DNA of 64,000 bases from Clostridia bacterium (GCA_050872785.1 JBNMHO010000005.1:919-64918); one strand, 5' to 3'; positions 46,041-57,200 are shown, counted from the first letter of the stretch. A program made the numbers and translations. Notes: generated by a model from the letters alone, not told the origin.

Positions 46041-46439
46041 TTATTTCTTCAAATTCACAAGGAATATGCCTGCAATAAGTCCCACAAGCCCTGCAAAAAG
46101 CACATCAAAAAGAATGCTTATGCTAAAAGTGAAAGTTGCTGACAAAAGTCCAAACACAGCATATGCCACAACACTGTAAATTGCCCCAACAAGAAGCCCC
46201 TTTATCGCCCCTTTGCTGCGGTCAGACTTCAATGCAACATTCACCCCAAGAACTACACTCACAACCTTTATAATTTGATTTACAATCTTAATTGTTGTGT
46301 CACCCATTTGCACAAATTTATACACAAGTGCAAACGCCAGCACGCCCACAATCGACACGCACACCGCAACGAGAACGCCCTTCAAAACGCCAAGAATACT
46401 TGCCTTTTTATCCAAAACACCTTCCATATCTTCCCCCAA
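46041..46439 (-). CDS. small integral membrane protein (about 4 TM, possibly YrzE/TIGR04086-like)
   Basis: 132 aa of Gly/Val/Leu/Ala-rich helices. The family assignment is tentative and based on general resemblance only. Confidence 0.5.
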   Translation of the reverse strand: MGEDMEGVLDKKASILGVLKGVLVAVCVSIVGVLAFALVYKFVQMGDTTIKIVNQIIKVVSVVLGVNVALKSDRSKGAIKGLLVGAIYSVVAYAVFGLLSATFTFSISILFDVLFAGLVGLIAGIFLVNLKK

Positions 46440-46510
46440 AACTCAAAAATTTAACAACTGCTTGTCACTATTTAATGTTTATGGGCGAAAGACTACAAAT
46501 ATTCATAAAA

Positions 46511-48182
46511 TCACTTCCAAATAGCAAGCAAAGTTTGGTCGCCAACAGTCGTATATTGCGTTGATGATGTTACAATATTCGCCCCATAACTTCTGAAATC
46601 TGTTGCCAAACTGTTTTCCTTCAACCGAAAGTCTTTTATGGTTAAATAACACTCACTAACTGAATTTACAAAAGCTGGGAATCGTATGGTCAAGTAATTC
46701 CCGTCAACCAAGTCTTCCTCACGGGGACAAAATGTAAGATAAAACATCAGGTCATCATCAATATAATCTGACTCACTTTTTAGAATAGCAGCAAATTGAT
46801 TATTTACAAGTCTGTTTGTATAAACACCTTGCTTACCCGCTCCAACAGAGATAAACATATAATTTAAACTTGCTGAACAATTAAGTTCTTGTCTGATAAA
46901 AGATAATGTATAACTCTTGCCCGCTTGCACTTGAACATTAGTTGAAATTTCATTGTATAAATTCCCACTTTGAATTGAGTATTTGCCGTCTGCAAGTTGC
47001 AGCATATTTTCATTCGTTGAATTTTGATTTGCAACTTCTTTATCCAAGGCATATTCCAGTTGTACATTGGAAATTGAAACATTTGCAGAGTAAGGATTTG
47101 TAAACCTAACTGGTCTGAAAGCAAAATATCTTGTTGGAGATTCACAACCATTTGTGACGGCATAGCCTTCGTGATAATAAAAAGTAATAACACACTTTCC
47201 CTTTATCCAAGGGAAATGCTGATAATAAATATCTCGGTTATAATTACCTTCAACCCCACAACCCACAGAACACATCATTTCTCCCAGATAAGTTGAGCCG
47301 TCATTGGTTGAGGAGTTGACAACATAATCAAAACTAAATGTGTATGTCAGTCCTTTGATAAGATAAATATCAGTTGTATATTGAATATAATATTCATTAT
47401 CTACCGTCACCGTTCTGTCGGCAAAGTCTAACAAATTCTTAGAATATGGCTCATATTCAGTCGCCGTGCTCCCATATTCCAGTTGAATTTTGTAAACATC
47501 TGCGTTGATGCTTTTATCCGCCGTGTATGAGCGTAGCAAACGCAAATAAAGATAAGGTCTAGAAGACAACTGCTCTGAGGTTGGAGTAAATGCACAAGTA
47601 AGCCTATATTCTCCCCCATCGGTATAAATCATTCCACCAGAAACAATATCTTTCGTAAAACTCCCATTGACCGAAGTTTCGCCACAACCAATACTCGTAT
47701 CAAAGTCGGCACCGTCCGAAATTGAATTTACTCTATAGTAAAAACTAAGGGTATATGTTACCCCCGCTTCCAATACAAAATCACAACCAACATTGTTGTT
47801 TTGTCCCTCATAATAACTTGTAACAGTCACATTTCTATCTGCAACATTTATTAAATTCTTTCCCCTATGCCAGCCAACAAAGGTCTTGCCACTGCGAGTT
47901 GGAGTTGGAAGTGAGCCGTAATTATCCCCTAACTTTACTTGCTTGGAGGATACCCCCCCCCCCCGTGCCAGAGAATTGTCCGCCATTGGCGTTGAATGTA
48001 ACATTGTAAGAGGGTCTATTGTATTTTACTGAAATATTTGATGTTGCTTGTTGGTGCGTTGCACCATATATAAGGACTCCCAAAATTGCCATAATAAGTG
48101 TATATAGAACGCAAATTGTTATCTTGTTTTGCTTATGATAAAATCTATTTAGCCATAACACAAAGCGTTCATATCTGGTCAT
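46511..48182 (-). pseudogene. surface-anchored repeat protein interrupted by a frameshift at a G12 tract (candidate phase-variable gene, OFF state)
   Basis: An 86-aa ORF (start 48182 behind GGGAGG, with a signal-anchor TM) ends just after the G tract. The 497-aa ORF continues in the -1 frame. Joined, they read YNVTFNANGGQFSGTGGG-VSSKQVKLGDNYGSLPTPTRSGKTFVGWH, a Listeria-Bacteroides (Flg_new) repeat signature. Confidence 0.8.
47953..47964 (-). repeat. homopolymeric tract, C12 on the plus strand (G12 on the coding strand)
   Basis: Counted directly in the sequence: tacccccccc|ccccgtg. Confidence 0.95.
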
Positions 48183-48269
48183 TTTGACTTCCTCCCATAA
48201 ATTATTTTCCTCAAAATTCTAAAATATATTTCCCGATTTGTCAAGTTTTTTAGGTCAAAAAGTTTGAGA

Positions 48270-48302
48270 TAGAAAAAATCTCAACCTTTATAGTCGAGAT
48301 TT
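48270..48302 (-). terminator. rho-independent terminator after yajC
   Basis: Stem ATCTCGAC/GTTGAGAT on the minus-strand RNA (48278-48285 / 48293-48300, one G-U pair) followed by a U6 run. An additional 9-bp palindrome TTTGCTAAA/TTTAGCAAA lies at 48324-48346. Confidence 0.6.
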
Positions 48303-48374
48303 TTGTGTTTTTAATTGGTTTTTTGCTAAATTTTTAGCAAATTTAATTAGCAATGTGAGTTTCAAGCCTTTTTC

Positions 48375-48971
48375 TTATTCAGCCTTTTTTGCTGCAGGTT
48401 TCTTAGTTGCTGGTTTTTTGGCTGTGGCTGATTTTTTGCTTGCAGTTGTCTTTTTTGCTGCTGTTTTTTTTGCTGGTTTTTCTTCCGTTTCCACTGCAAC
48501 TGGCTTTGCGTCTTCTTCTTTTGCTGGAAGGGTGACTGGCTTGTTCTCTTCCTTAACCTCGTCTTTAACATCGCCCAAAACTTGGTCTTTCAAAGTTTCA
48601 CTTGGGTCAATGACATTGCCGTTTTCGTCAAGAATGAGGTCTTCTTTTTTGTCAATTCCCAAGATAACAGATGCGTTGACGGTTACATAACTTGCATTTT
48701 TCTCGTCATCGTCTGCCCCAGTTTTAAGAACAACAACTCTGCCCATGTTTGTTTCTCTCATAGAAACGATTGTGCCATACACTCCTGCATTTGTCACAAC
48801 TTTGTCGCCAGCTTTCAGTTCACTCATCATTTTGAGTGCTTGTTCTTGTTGTTTTTTTCTGTTGATTGTTCCAAAAATGAGATAAACAATCATCAAAAGC
48901 ACCAAAACGCCCAACAAAATTGTCATGCCGATTCCGTTTCCGTTTGCTTCTGCACCTAACATATAAAACAT
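48375..48971 (-). CDS. yajC: preprotein translocase subunit YajC with a ~100-aa K/A/P/T-rich C-terminal extension
   Basis: A single TM followed by QQEQALKMMSELKAGDKVVTNAGVYGTIVSM (the YajC core). It sits in the conserved position next to tgt. The tail ends PAKKTAAKKTTASKKSATAKKPATKKPAAKKAE. Confidence 0.8.
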   Translation of the reverse strand: MFYMLGAEANGNGIGMTILLGVLVLLMIVYLIFGTINRKKQQEQALKMMSELKAGDKVVTNAGVYGTIVSMRETNMGRVVVLKTGADDDEKNASYVTVNASVILGIDKKEDLILDENGNVIDPSETLKDQVLGDVKDEVKEENKPVTLPAKEEDAKPVAVETEEKPAKKTAAKKTTASKKSATAKKPATKKPAAKKAE

Positions 48972-49104
48972 AATTTTTTCTCCTTATTTTATTTAATAAA
49001 TCAATTATATTTAAAATTCCAATATAAATCAAATCTTTTTGAGCATTTTTGCGTCAAATTTTAAAAATTTTGTCAAAAACAACACTTTTTGCATATTTTT
49101 TTCA

Positions 49105-50232
<1,128 letters not shown>

Positions 50233-51285
50233 TTATTCTCCTTTTTTTGGCTTTTCTCTATAGAAAAACGAACTGTCGCCAAATGAGAAAAATCTATATT
50301 TTTCCTCCACTGCCGTTTTGTAAACTTTCATTGTGTTTTCATAACCAGCAAACGCACTTACAAGCATAATAAGGGTGCTTTCTGGAAGGTGAAAATTAGT
50401 TATTAAGCAGTCAACAATTTTAAAATCATATGGTGGGTAGCAAAACAACTTTGTATTGCTCTTTTGTGCCACAACTTCGCCCGTTTTGCCCGCACTTTCA
50501 AGTGTTCTAACACTGGTTGTGCCAACAGCGATAATTCTTCGTCCTTCCCTTTTTGCCTTGTTAATTTTTTCCGCCACTTCTGGTTCAATTTCATAATATT
50601 CTTCGTGCATATCGTGGTTTAGAATATTATCTTCTTTAACTGGTCTAAAAGTCCCCAGCCCCACGTGCAAAAGAACATTTAAAATTTCAACACCTTTGTT
50701 TCTTATCCTTTCCAAAAGTTCTGGTGTAAAATGAAGTCCAGCGGTTGGTGCTGCGGTTGAGCCATTAAACTTGCTATACACCGTTTGATAACGTTCGCTA
50801 TTTGCAAGTTTTTGCTTTATATATGGTGGAAGTGGAGTTGTGCCAACTCGTGACAAAATGTCTTCAAAAGTTCCCGAAAAAGAAAATCTAACTTCCTTTC
50901 CGCCAAAGTCATTATCCCCCAAAATCTCGCAACTGAGTTCGTCAGAAAACACAACTTTTGTCCCTGCTTTCAGTCTTTTGCCGGGCTTTGCAAGTGTTTG
51001 CCAATCGGTCAAATTTTCTCGCTTTATAAGAAAAATTTCAACATTTGCACCAGTTTCTTTTTTGCCAATAAGTCTGCAAGGAATAACCCTTGTGTTGTTG
51101 CACACAAGCACATCACCCTCGTGCAAAAAATCTATTATATCCCTAAAATGTTTATGTTGAATTTGCCCATTGTCCATATTAAAGCACAAAAGTCTTGACG
51201 CATCTCTTGGTTCAATAGGTGTTTGTGCAATAAGTTCTTCGGGCAAGTCATAATTATACGTGCTTCGTTTTGTAAAATCTATCAT
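50233..51285 (-). CDS. queA: S-adenosylmethionine:tRNA ribosyltransferase-isomerase
   Basis: Canonical QueA blocks ([32 protein letters not shown]). Confidence 0.95.
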   Translation of the reverse strand: MIDFTKRSTYNYDLPEELIAQTPIEPRDASRLLCFNMDNGQIQHKHFRDIIDFLHEGDVLVCNNTRVIPCRLIGKKETGANVEIFLIKRENLTDWQTLAKPGKRLKAGTKVVFSDELSCEILGDNDFGGKEVRFSFSGTFEDILSRVGTTPLPPYIKQKLANSERYQTVYSKFNGSTAAPTAGLHFTPELLERIRNKGVEILNVLLHVGLGTFRPVKEDNILNHDMHEEYYEIEPEVAEKINKAKREGRRIIAVGTTSVRTLESAGKTGEVVAQKSNTKLFCYPPYDFKIVDCLITNFHLPESTLIMLVSAFAGYENTMKVYKTAVEEKYRFFSFGDSSFFYREKPKKGE

Positions 51286-52295
51286 TTCTTTCCATCCTTT
51301 GGAAATAAATCTTTCAGTCCCAAATGTTCATACGCCCCTTCAAGTGCAATTCTGCCACGTGGAGTTCTGGCAATAAAGCCCAGCCTTATAAGATAAGGTT
51401 CATACACGTCTTCAACAGTTGCCACTTCTTCGCCAATGGCAGTTGCAAGTGTTTCAACACCCACTGGCCCGCCACCAAATGTGGTAATAAGTCTTTCAAG
51501 AAGCCTTCTATCCACAAAGTCAAGCCCCTTTTCGTCAACGTCCATAAGTTTAAGTGCTTCACGAGCAATATCAAGTGTAACTTCGCCACCCGACTTAACT
51601 TGGGCATAGTCCCTAACTCTTTTTAATAGTCTATTTGCAATTCTTGGTGTGCCACGACTGCGTTTTGCAACTTCCAAAATTGCTTCTGGCGTTATGTTCA
51701 CATTCAAAATCTTTGAGCTTCGCTCCACGATTTTTGACAAATCTTTTTCGTCATAAAGTTCAAGCCTTTGAATAATTCCAAATCTATCCCTAAGTGGCGA
51801 AGAAATATTCCCCGCTTTTGTTGTTGCACCGACAAGTGTAAATGGTTGAAGTTTAAGTCGCATATTCCTTGCACTAGGCCCCTTGCCCACAATGAAGTCA
51901 AGCGAAAAGTCTTCCATTGCTGGGTATAAAATTTCTTCCACCGAATGGTTAAGTCTGTGAATTTCGTCAATAAACAAGACATCATTCTTTTGCAAATTGG
52001 TCAAAATTGCCGCAAGGTCCGCTGCATGTTCAATGGCAGGTCCGCTTGTAACTTTAAGTTGTGTCCCCAGTTCTGTTGCAATAATATGAGAAAGTGTTGT
52101 TTTCCCAAGTCCCGGAGGTCCATAAAGCAAGACATGGTCAAGAGGCTCTTTTCTGGTTTTTGCCGCTTCTATAAATATGGAAAGGCTTTCTTTCACCTTT
52201 TCTTGCCCAACATAATCGTCAAGAGCGGTTGGTCTTAGTGAATTTTCAATTTCCACATCGCTCGAAATTTTTGTGCTTTTGATAAAATCGTTCAT
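51282..52295 (-). CDS. ruvB: Holliday junction branch migration ATPase RuvB
   Basis: Walker [10 protein letters not shown], Walker B LFIDEIHR, an AAA+ lid and a winged-helix domain. Confidence 0.96.
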   Translation of the reverse strand: MNDFIKSTKISSDVEIENSLRPTALDDYVGQEKVKESLSIFIEAAKTRKEPLDHVLLYGPPGLGKTTLSHIIATELGTQLKVTSGPAIEHAADLAAILTNLQKNDVLFIDEIHRLNHSVEEILYPAMEDFSLDFIVGKGPSARNMRLKLQPFTLVGATTKAGNISSPLRDRFGIIQRLELYDEKDLSKIVERSSKILNVNITPEAILEVAKRSRGTPRIANRLLKRVRDYAQVKSGGEVTLDIAREALKLMDVDEKGLDFVDRRLLERLITTFGGGPVGVETLATAIGEEVATVEDVYEPYLIRLGFIARTPRGRIALEGAYEHLGLKDLFPKDGKK

Positions 52296-52310
52296 AATCT
52301 ACCCTTCAAA

Positions 52311-52895
52311 TTATCTTCTCATCTGTGCAAAAGATTTTGAAATAATGTCTTCCGCACTATCCCCCGAAACATAAACGCTATTTGCAAGTTTCACCGCTTC
52401 CACTCTTGCAATTCCAAGACTGCAAAGCACTTCCACAGCATCTTCCACTTCTTGCGAAAGGCTATCTGCGGCTGTCTGTGGCAATTCGCCCATAACATTC
52501 ACTTTGTCCTTGAGGTCAACAATAATCCTTTCTGCCGTCTTTTTGCCAACGCCTTTAACACTTGATAGTGACTTAGCGTCACCCGTTGCAATAACTGTGC
52601 AAAGGTCACTGTATGAAATGCTTGACAACATTCCCATTGCGCCCTTTGGCCCCACGCCGCTTACTGTTATAAGTTTCATAAAGACATCTTTTTCTTCCTT
52701 AGAAAAAAAACCAAAAAGACTTACTCCGTCTTCTCTAACTTGAAAATATGTCCAAACTTTAACTTCGCCGTCTTGAGCAAGCAATGTCTTTTGTGCCAAA
52801 GCGGAAACAAAAATTTCATAGCCAATGCCATTGTTGTCAAGAGTTATGCACCCGTCCATGCTATCTGTAATTCTGCCCGTTAGATAACTAAACAT
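52311..52895 (-). CDS. ruvA: Holliday junction DNA helicase subunit RuvA
   Basis: MFSYLTGRI N-terminus, HhH motifs (VSGVGPK, VKGVGKKTAERI). The likely start is ATG 52895 behind GGAGAAG. Confidence 0.92.
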   Translation of the reverse strand: MFSYLTGRITDSMDGCITLDNNGIGYEIFVSALAQKTLLAQDGEVKVWTYFQVREDGVSLFGFFSKEEKDVFMKLITVSGVGPKGAMGMLSSISYSDLCTVIATGDAKSLSSVKGVGKKTAERIIVDLKDKVNVMGELPQTAADSLSQEVEDAVEVLCSLGIARVEAVKLANSVYVSGDSAEDIISKSFAQMRR

Positions 52896-52908
52896 CTTCT
52901 TCTCCGTT

Positions 52909-53403
52909 TTATATTGAATTGTCACTTAATTGGTCGTTAAATTGCAAATGTGTAAGAGCCACCGCCACTGCGTCTGCCGCATCGTCTGGTTTTGGCACTT
53001 TTTCAAGCCCCAAAATATTTTTGACCATAAACTGAATTTGTTTTTTCTCTGCACGGCCGTTGCCGGTTAGTGCTTGTTTAATTTGCAATGGCGTGTATTC
53101 ATACATCGGCAAATTTCTCTCTATGCCGCACAAAATGATAATTCCCCTTGCTTCTGCCACAGGAATGATAGTTGTTTGGTTGCGAAAGAAAAACAATTCT
53201 TCTATTGCCATGCAGTCTGGGTGATATTTGTCAATAAGTGCCAAAATTCCTTCGTGAATTGTAAGCAATCTTTGTGAAATGCTTTGTTCTTTTGGTGTGG
53301 AAATTACGCCATAATCAACAGCTTCTTGCCTTCCACAATCTTCATCAACAACCCCAAAGCCTAAAAGAGCAAACCCAGGGTCAATTCCTAAAATTCTTCT
53401 CAT
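52909..53403 (-). CDS. ruvC: crossover junction endodeoxyribonuclease RuvC
   Basis: ILGIDPG N-terminus, RNase H-like fold motifs, and a C-terminal D..DA.A.A segment. Confidence 0.93.
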   Translation of the reverse strand: MRRILGIDPGFALLGFGVVDEDCGRQEAVDYGVISTPKEQSISQRLLTIHEGILALIDKYHPDCMAIEELFFFRNQTTIIPVAEARGIIILCGIERNLPMYEYTPLQIKQALTGNGRAEKKQIQFMVKNILGLEKVPKPDDAADAVAVALTHLQFNDQLSDNSI

Positions 53404-53532
53404 TTTTTATCCTAACTTAAGTAAATAATTTTCTATATTTTGCTATTTTTTGATATATCTCTAAAATAATCACCATGTTGTGAATTATACAAAATCAACT
53501 TATTTTACACAAAAAAGAAATTTTTTCCCACA

Positions 53533-54231
53533 TCAGTTTTTGTCGTTTAGGACATCTTCGTTGTGTGAAATAATTTTGTCAATAGCCGATTGCGATTGCA
53601 CTTTTCTTGGTTCTGGAGCAAACATCAATGGGCCTTCTGCGTCATGCAAGTCATAGTCCAAAAAGGTTTCAAGCCCCACTTCTCTAAGTTTTGCAAGTCT
53701 GTTCTGATTAAGTGGCACAACTTGCAAGAAGTGAGTGTATGTTATCCCAATTTTTTCTTCAAAATATTCAAGTGGAAACATCTCTGGGAAAGATATAAGT
53801 CCGCTTATGCAGTCGGTGCCGTCAAAGCATGGTTTGCCGTCCTTTGAAAAGGTATAAATTTGCCCAATTTGCACGCCTACATTGTCTGCAATGCACGCTT
53901 GTGCCATATGTGCCATAAAGTTTATGACCCAGCCATATTCTGGTTTTTCAAACGACATTTTGTATGTTGCAGGAAGCACCATAACAAGTTCTGCCCTTGC
54001 CACGTCTGGCGAAAATCTATATTCGCTAAGTCCCACAGTGGACACAACAAAGCCGTCGAACTCAACAGTTGGCTCAAAAACAGCAATATCCACTGGGAAA
54101 AGATTGTTGTAATTGGCACTTGTTTTGAAAATATGCACTTGATCATCTCTTGCCCCAACATATTCCTTTGTGTGAGCGACAACATAAGAGCGTCTTTCAT
54201 TTTCCATTTCAATTTCTTCTTTGCTAGGCAT
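53533..54231 (-). CDS. SUFU-like (suppressor-of-fused domain) protein, immunity-protein-type fold
   Basis: The likely start is ATG 54231 behind AAGGGGG. The pattern VDIAVFEP...GFVVSTVGLS...AELVMVLP..Y......PEYGWVINFMAHMAQ...IGQIY matches the bacterial SUFU-domain signature as I recall it. Confidence 0.5.
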   Translation of the reverse strand: MPSKEEIEMENERRSYVVAHTKEYVGARDDQVHIFKTSANYNNLFPVDIAVFEPTVEFDGFVVSTVGLSEYRFSPDVARAELVMVLPATYKMSFEKPEYGWVINFMAHMAQACIADNVGVQIGQIYTFSKDGKPCFDGTDCISGLISFPEMFPLEYFEEKIGITYTHFLQVVPLNQNRLAKLREVGLETFLDYDLHDAEGPLMFAPEPRKVQSQSAIDKIISHNEDVLNDKN

Positions 54232-54409
54232 AATATCCCCCTTTGTTTGTTGCAAAATTAAAGGACAAGCAGAACTTAAAAATATTTTTGCCAACAACTT
54301 TTGTTACATACAAGTTAATAATAGATAAATAAATAATATTTGTCAAACGAATAAGCCTCAATTTGCAAAATTGACAAAAAAAGTGAACAAGTCTTTGCCC
54401 ACTTAGTTT

Positions 54410-55324
54410 TTAATCATAATTTTTCTTATCCAAAACTCCCATAACAAGAATTCGCCTAAGTTTTGGTGGAAGCCCCGCCATGTCAACATCTTGCCCGTCA
54501 AGTTTCAAACTGTCCCTTTGGCGTTTGTAATTTTCAAATTCTTGTTTTCTTTTTGCAATTATTGCGTCCATTTCTGGCGTTCTTTGCGTCATTGAGCCAC
54601 CAAAATTTCTTCCCTCTGTGTTCATGTTTGCCCTATCAAAATTCGCCATTCTATTTGGACTTGTTCCAGTAGAAAAGCCTTGTGCATTTCGTGGTATATT
54701 CCCACCACTCGGAAGCCTATTTGGACTTGATTTAAGAGAATTCGCCGCCCTTTGCACATTTGCAAAATCCATCATTTGTGACTCCGTCACTGCTCGCCCG
54801 CCAAAACTTGGTTTTCTGCCTGCATTTTGTGGAGGAGTTAAGAAGTCAAGGGATATTTTGTCTTGACCTTTAGGCATATTGTTAGGTGCATTTTGTGCAA
54901 ATCTTGTGCCAAAAGGTGTTGACTGCTGGTTTAATTTTCTTCTTTCATAATCTTGCTGTGCCATTGGGAAAATTGGTCTTGTTGCAAAAGGGTCTTGGTC
55001 GCCAAAAGCCTCTTTCATTGTCATAGGTTTTCTATCCGTCAAAGGTTCTTCTTTCTTTTCAGATTGTTTGGGTGCATCTTCCTTTTTTGGAGCATTAAGT
55101 TGTGGAGGCAAAACAACAGGTCTTATTTGAAATTCACTTTTCCCCAGTCTGTCACTTTTTTGAGTTTCAGCTTCCTGCTTATTCTTTTTTTTCAAACGTC
55201 TTTTCTTCATAAGCTTTACAAAAGGTTTTGCAAGCCATGCCCCAATTTTTTTGAACCACTTAAATTTCAAAATAAAAAGCGAAAGAAAGAATGTAACACA
55301 CAAAACATAAAACAAAACTTCCAT
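54410..55324 (-). CDS. membrane-anchored low-complexity protein (Q/N/P/K-rich), unknown
   Basis: 304 aa with an N-terminal TM, a basic stretch KKRRLKKKNKQE and a long disordered-looking region. Confidence 0.5.
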   Translation of the reverse strand: MEVLFYVLCVTFFLSLFILKFKWFKKIGAWLAKPFVKLMKKRRLKKKNKQEAETQKSDRLGKSEFQIRPVVLPPQLNAPKKEDAPKQSEKKEEPLTDRKPMTMKEAFGDQDPFATRPIFPMAQQDYERRKLNQQSTPFGTRFAQNAPNNMPKGQDKISLDFLTPPQNAGRKPSFGGRAVTESQMMDFANVQRAANSLKSSPNRLPSGGNIPRNAQGFSTGTSPNRMANFDRANMNTEGRNFGGSMTQRTPEMDAIIAKRKQEFENYKRQRDSLKLDGQDVDMAGLPPKLRRILVMGVLDKKNYD

Positions 55325-55382
55325 TTTTCTCTCCTTTTATTTAAGTTTAAGTGAAGGCTCCCCATTGTTTTATAAATTAAAT

Positions 55383-56423
55383 TCAGTCTGTAAAGTCAAA
55401 GAAATCATCGTCATCATCGTCTTTTTCTTTTGGCTTTACATAGTCTTTTGTAATTGTATTTCGCATATTCGTGTCGGCAATCATGTTTTGCAATTTATAA
55501 TAGTCCATAACGCCAATCTTTCCCTCTTCAAACGCCTTGATAAGTGCCTTTGGAATTTCCGCTTCCGCTTGAATTTTCTCTGCGTTAAGTTCTTCTGCTC
55601 TTGCCTTCATTTCTTCAGTTCTTGCAACAGCACGCAATCTTTCTTCTTCCGCTTTTGAAAGGGCTAAAGCACGTTCACGCTTGTCTTGTTCCAGTTGTTT
55701 TTCCGCCAGCAAATCTCGTCCCAAGTCAACAGATTTTGTGTCAACGGAAATCACGTCAAACGCACAATTTTTTGGGAAGCCCTTTGCCATAATAGACTTT
55801 GAAATGAGGTCTGGGTTTTGGAGTAAATCAAGGTGACTTTTTGCCCCGCCAAGAACACTCAAAACGCCCTCTGTCACTCGAGATAAGATAACATCTTCGC
55901 CCGCTCCACCAATGGTGTTTGAAAGGTTGCCCCTTAGACTTACACTCATAACAACTTTAAGTTCCCTTCCGTCACAAGTTATAGCTTTTATTTCGTCTGT
56001 TTTAATAACCTTTGGCTTTATTGCATCGTTCACAACTTTGCTAACGCTTAGTCCTGCAAGGTCAATGGCCTTTGCCGTGTCAAGTGACAAAACAACATCA
56101 CTTGAATTTGCAAGTATCATTCCGTCAACAATCCCCACAACGTTGCCACCCGCAAGCATATGTCCCTCCAGTTCATCAAAACTTATTGGCAAGTTTGATT
56201 TTTTTGCTTTAACAAAACAAGTTGCAAGAGTTTTATAATCAAGTCTTCGCCATTTAAGTGAAGATAGTTTTCTTGCCGAAATATGCGCCCCCGCCCACAA
56301 AGCACTCCACCAAGTTTTAAAAGGCACTGCAATGCAAAAAGCGATAATGCAAAGCACTAAGACTCCCGCAAGCACACTTAACGTTATTATTGAAGAAGTT
56401 GAAATACACAATATATTTTTCAT
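55383..56423 (-). CDS. floA: flotillin-like protein FloA (YqfA/UPF0365)
   Basis: Close resemblance along its length to Bacillus YqfA: GAHIS...L..M..RR, HMLAGGNV, AIDLAG, GGAGE, the coiled AE..RA.A region and GVMDYY. Confidence 0.88.
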   Translation of the reverse strand: MKNILCISTSSIITLSVLAGVLVLCIIAFCIAVPFKTWWSALWAGAHISARKLSSLKWRRLDYKTLATCFVKAKKSNLPISFDELEGHMLAGGNVVGIVDGMILANSSDVVLSLDTAKAIDLAGLSVSKVVNDAIKPKVIKTDEIKAITCDGRELKVVMSVSLRGNLSNTIGGAGEDVILSRVTEGVLSVLGGAKSHLDLLQNPDLISKSIMAKGFPKNCAFDVISVDTKSVDLGRDLLAEKQLEQDKRERALALSKAEEERLRAVARTEEMKARAEELNAEKIQAEAEIPKALIKAFEEGKIGVMDYYKLQNMIADTNMRNTITKDYVKPKEKDDDDDDFFDFTD

Positions 56424-56508
56424 GGCTTTATTATATCACAAGGAGTAATAAAAATAAAGACCCAATTTTTTAAAAATCAGGTCTTTTTGTAATATTATAT
56501 ATTTTCTC

Positions 56509-57192
56509 TTAGTCCACGCCCTTAAGTTGCACATTTTCTATATGTTTTTTTGCAATTTCCACTGCTTTTTGGTGATATTCCCGCCCTTGTTCACTCATAT
56601 TTTTCTCGTTTTGTTCCACTTGCCTATATTTCTGAATGGAATAACATTTTGCCCCAGCAATTTCCGAGCAAAGTCTATCCAGTTGCTCGTAAGATATATC
56701 TGGCGAAAGTGTTGTTCTAAATTCATAGTCAACGTGATTATCAAGCAAATATTTTGCACTTTTTTTCACATTTTCCATAAGAGTTTGAGATATATTCCCC
56801 ACAATTTGTGGATAATCTTCAAATGGTGCCTTTATATCCATAGCAACATAGTCTACAAGTTTGTTTTCCACAAGATATTTCAGTGTTTTAAAATCTGTGC
56901 CGTTTGTGTCAAGTTTACACAAAAATCCCATGGACTTTATGCGAGTGATAAATTGAATAAGGTCTTTTTGAAGAGTTGGCTCGCCGCCGCTTACAACAAC
57001 GCCGTCAAGAAATTTTTTGTGAGATGACAAAAAGTCAAAAAACTTTTCTTCGTCAATTTTATTTTTCCCCACAAAAAGGTGAGAATTATGGCAATACCAG
57101 CATCTGAAATTGCAACCCGTTGTGAACACCACACAAGCAATTTTGTGTGGATAGTCCACAAACGAATTTTTTACAAGTCCGCCAATTATCAT
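56509..57192 (-). CDS. nrdG: anaerobic ribonucleoside-triphosphate reductase activating protein
   Basis: Radical SAM motif CNFRCWYCHN, located directly downstream of nrdD. Confidence 0.88.
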   Translation of the reverse strand: MIIGGLVKNSFVDYPHKIACVVFTTGCNFRCWYCHNSHLFVGKNKIDEEKFFDFLSSHKKFLDGVVVSGGEPTLQKDLIQFITRIKSMGFLCKLDTNGTDFKTLKYLVENKLVDYVAMDIKAPFEDYPQIVGNISQTLMENVKKSAKYLLDNHVDYEFRTTLSPDISYEQLDRLCSEIAGAKCYSIQKYRQVEQNEKNMSEQGREYHQKAVEIAKKHIENVQLKGVD

Positions 57193-57200
57193 TTTTTCTC

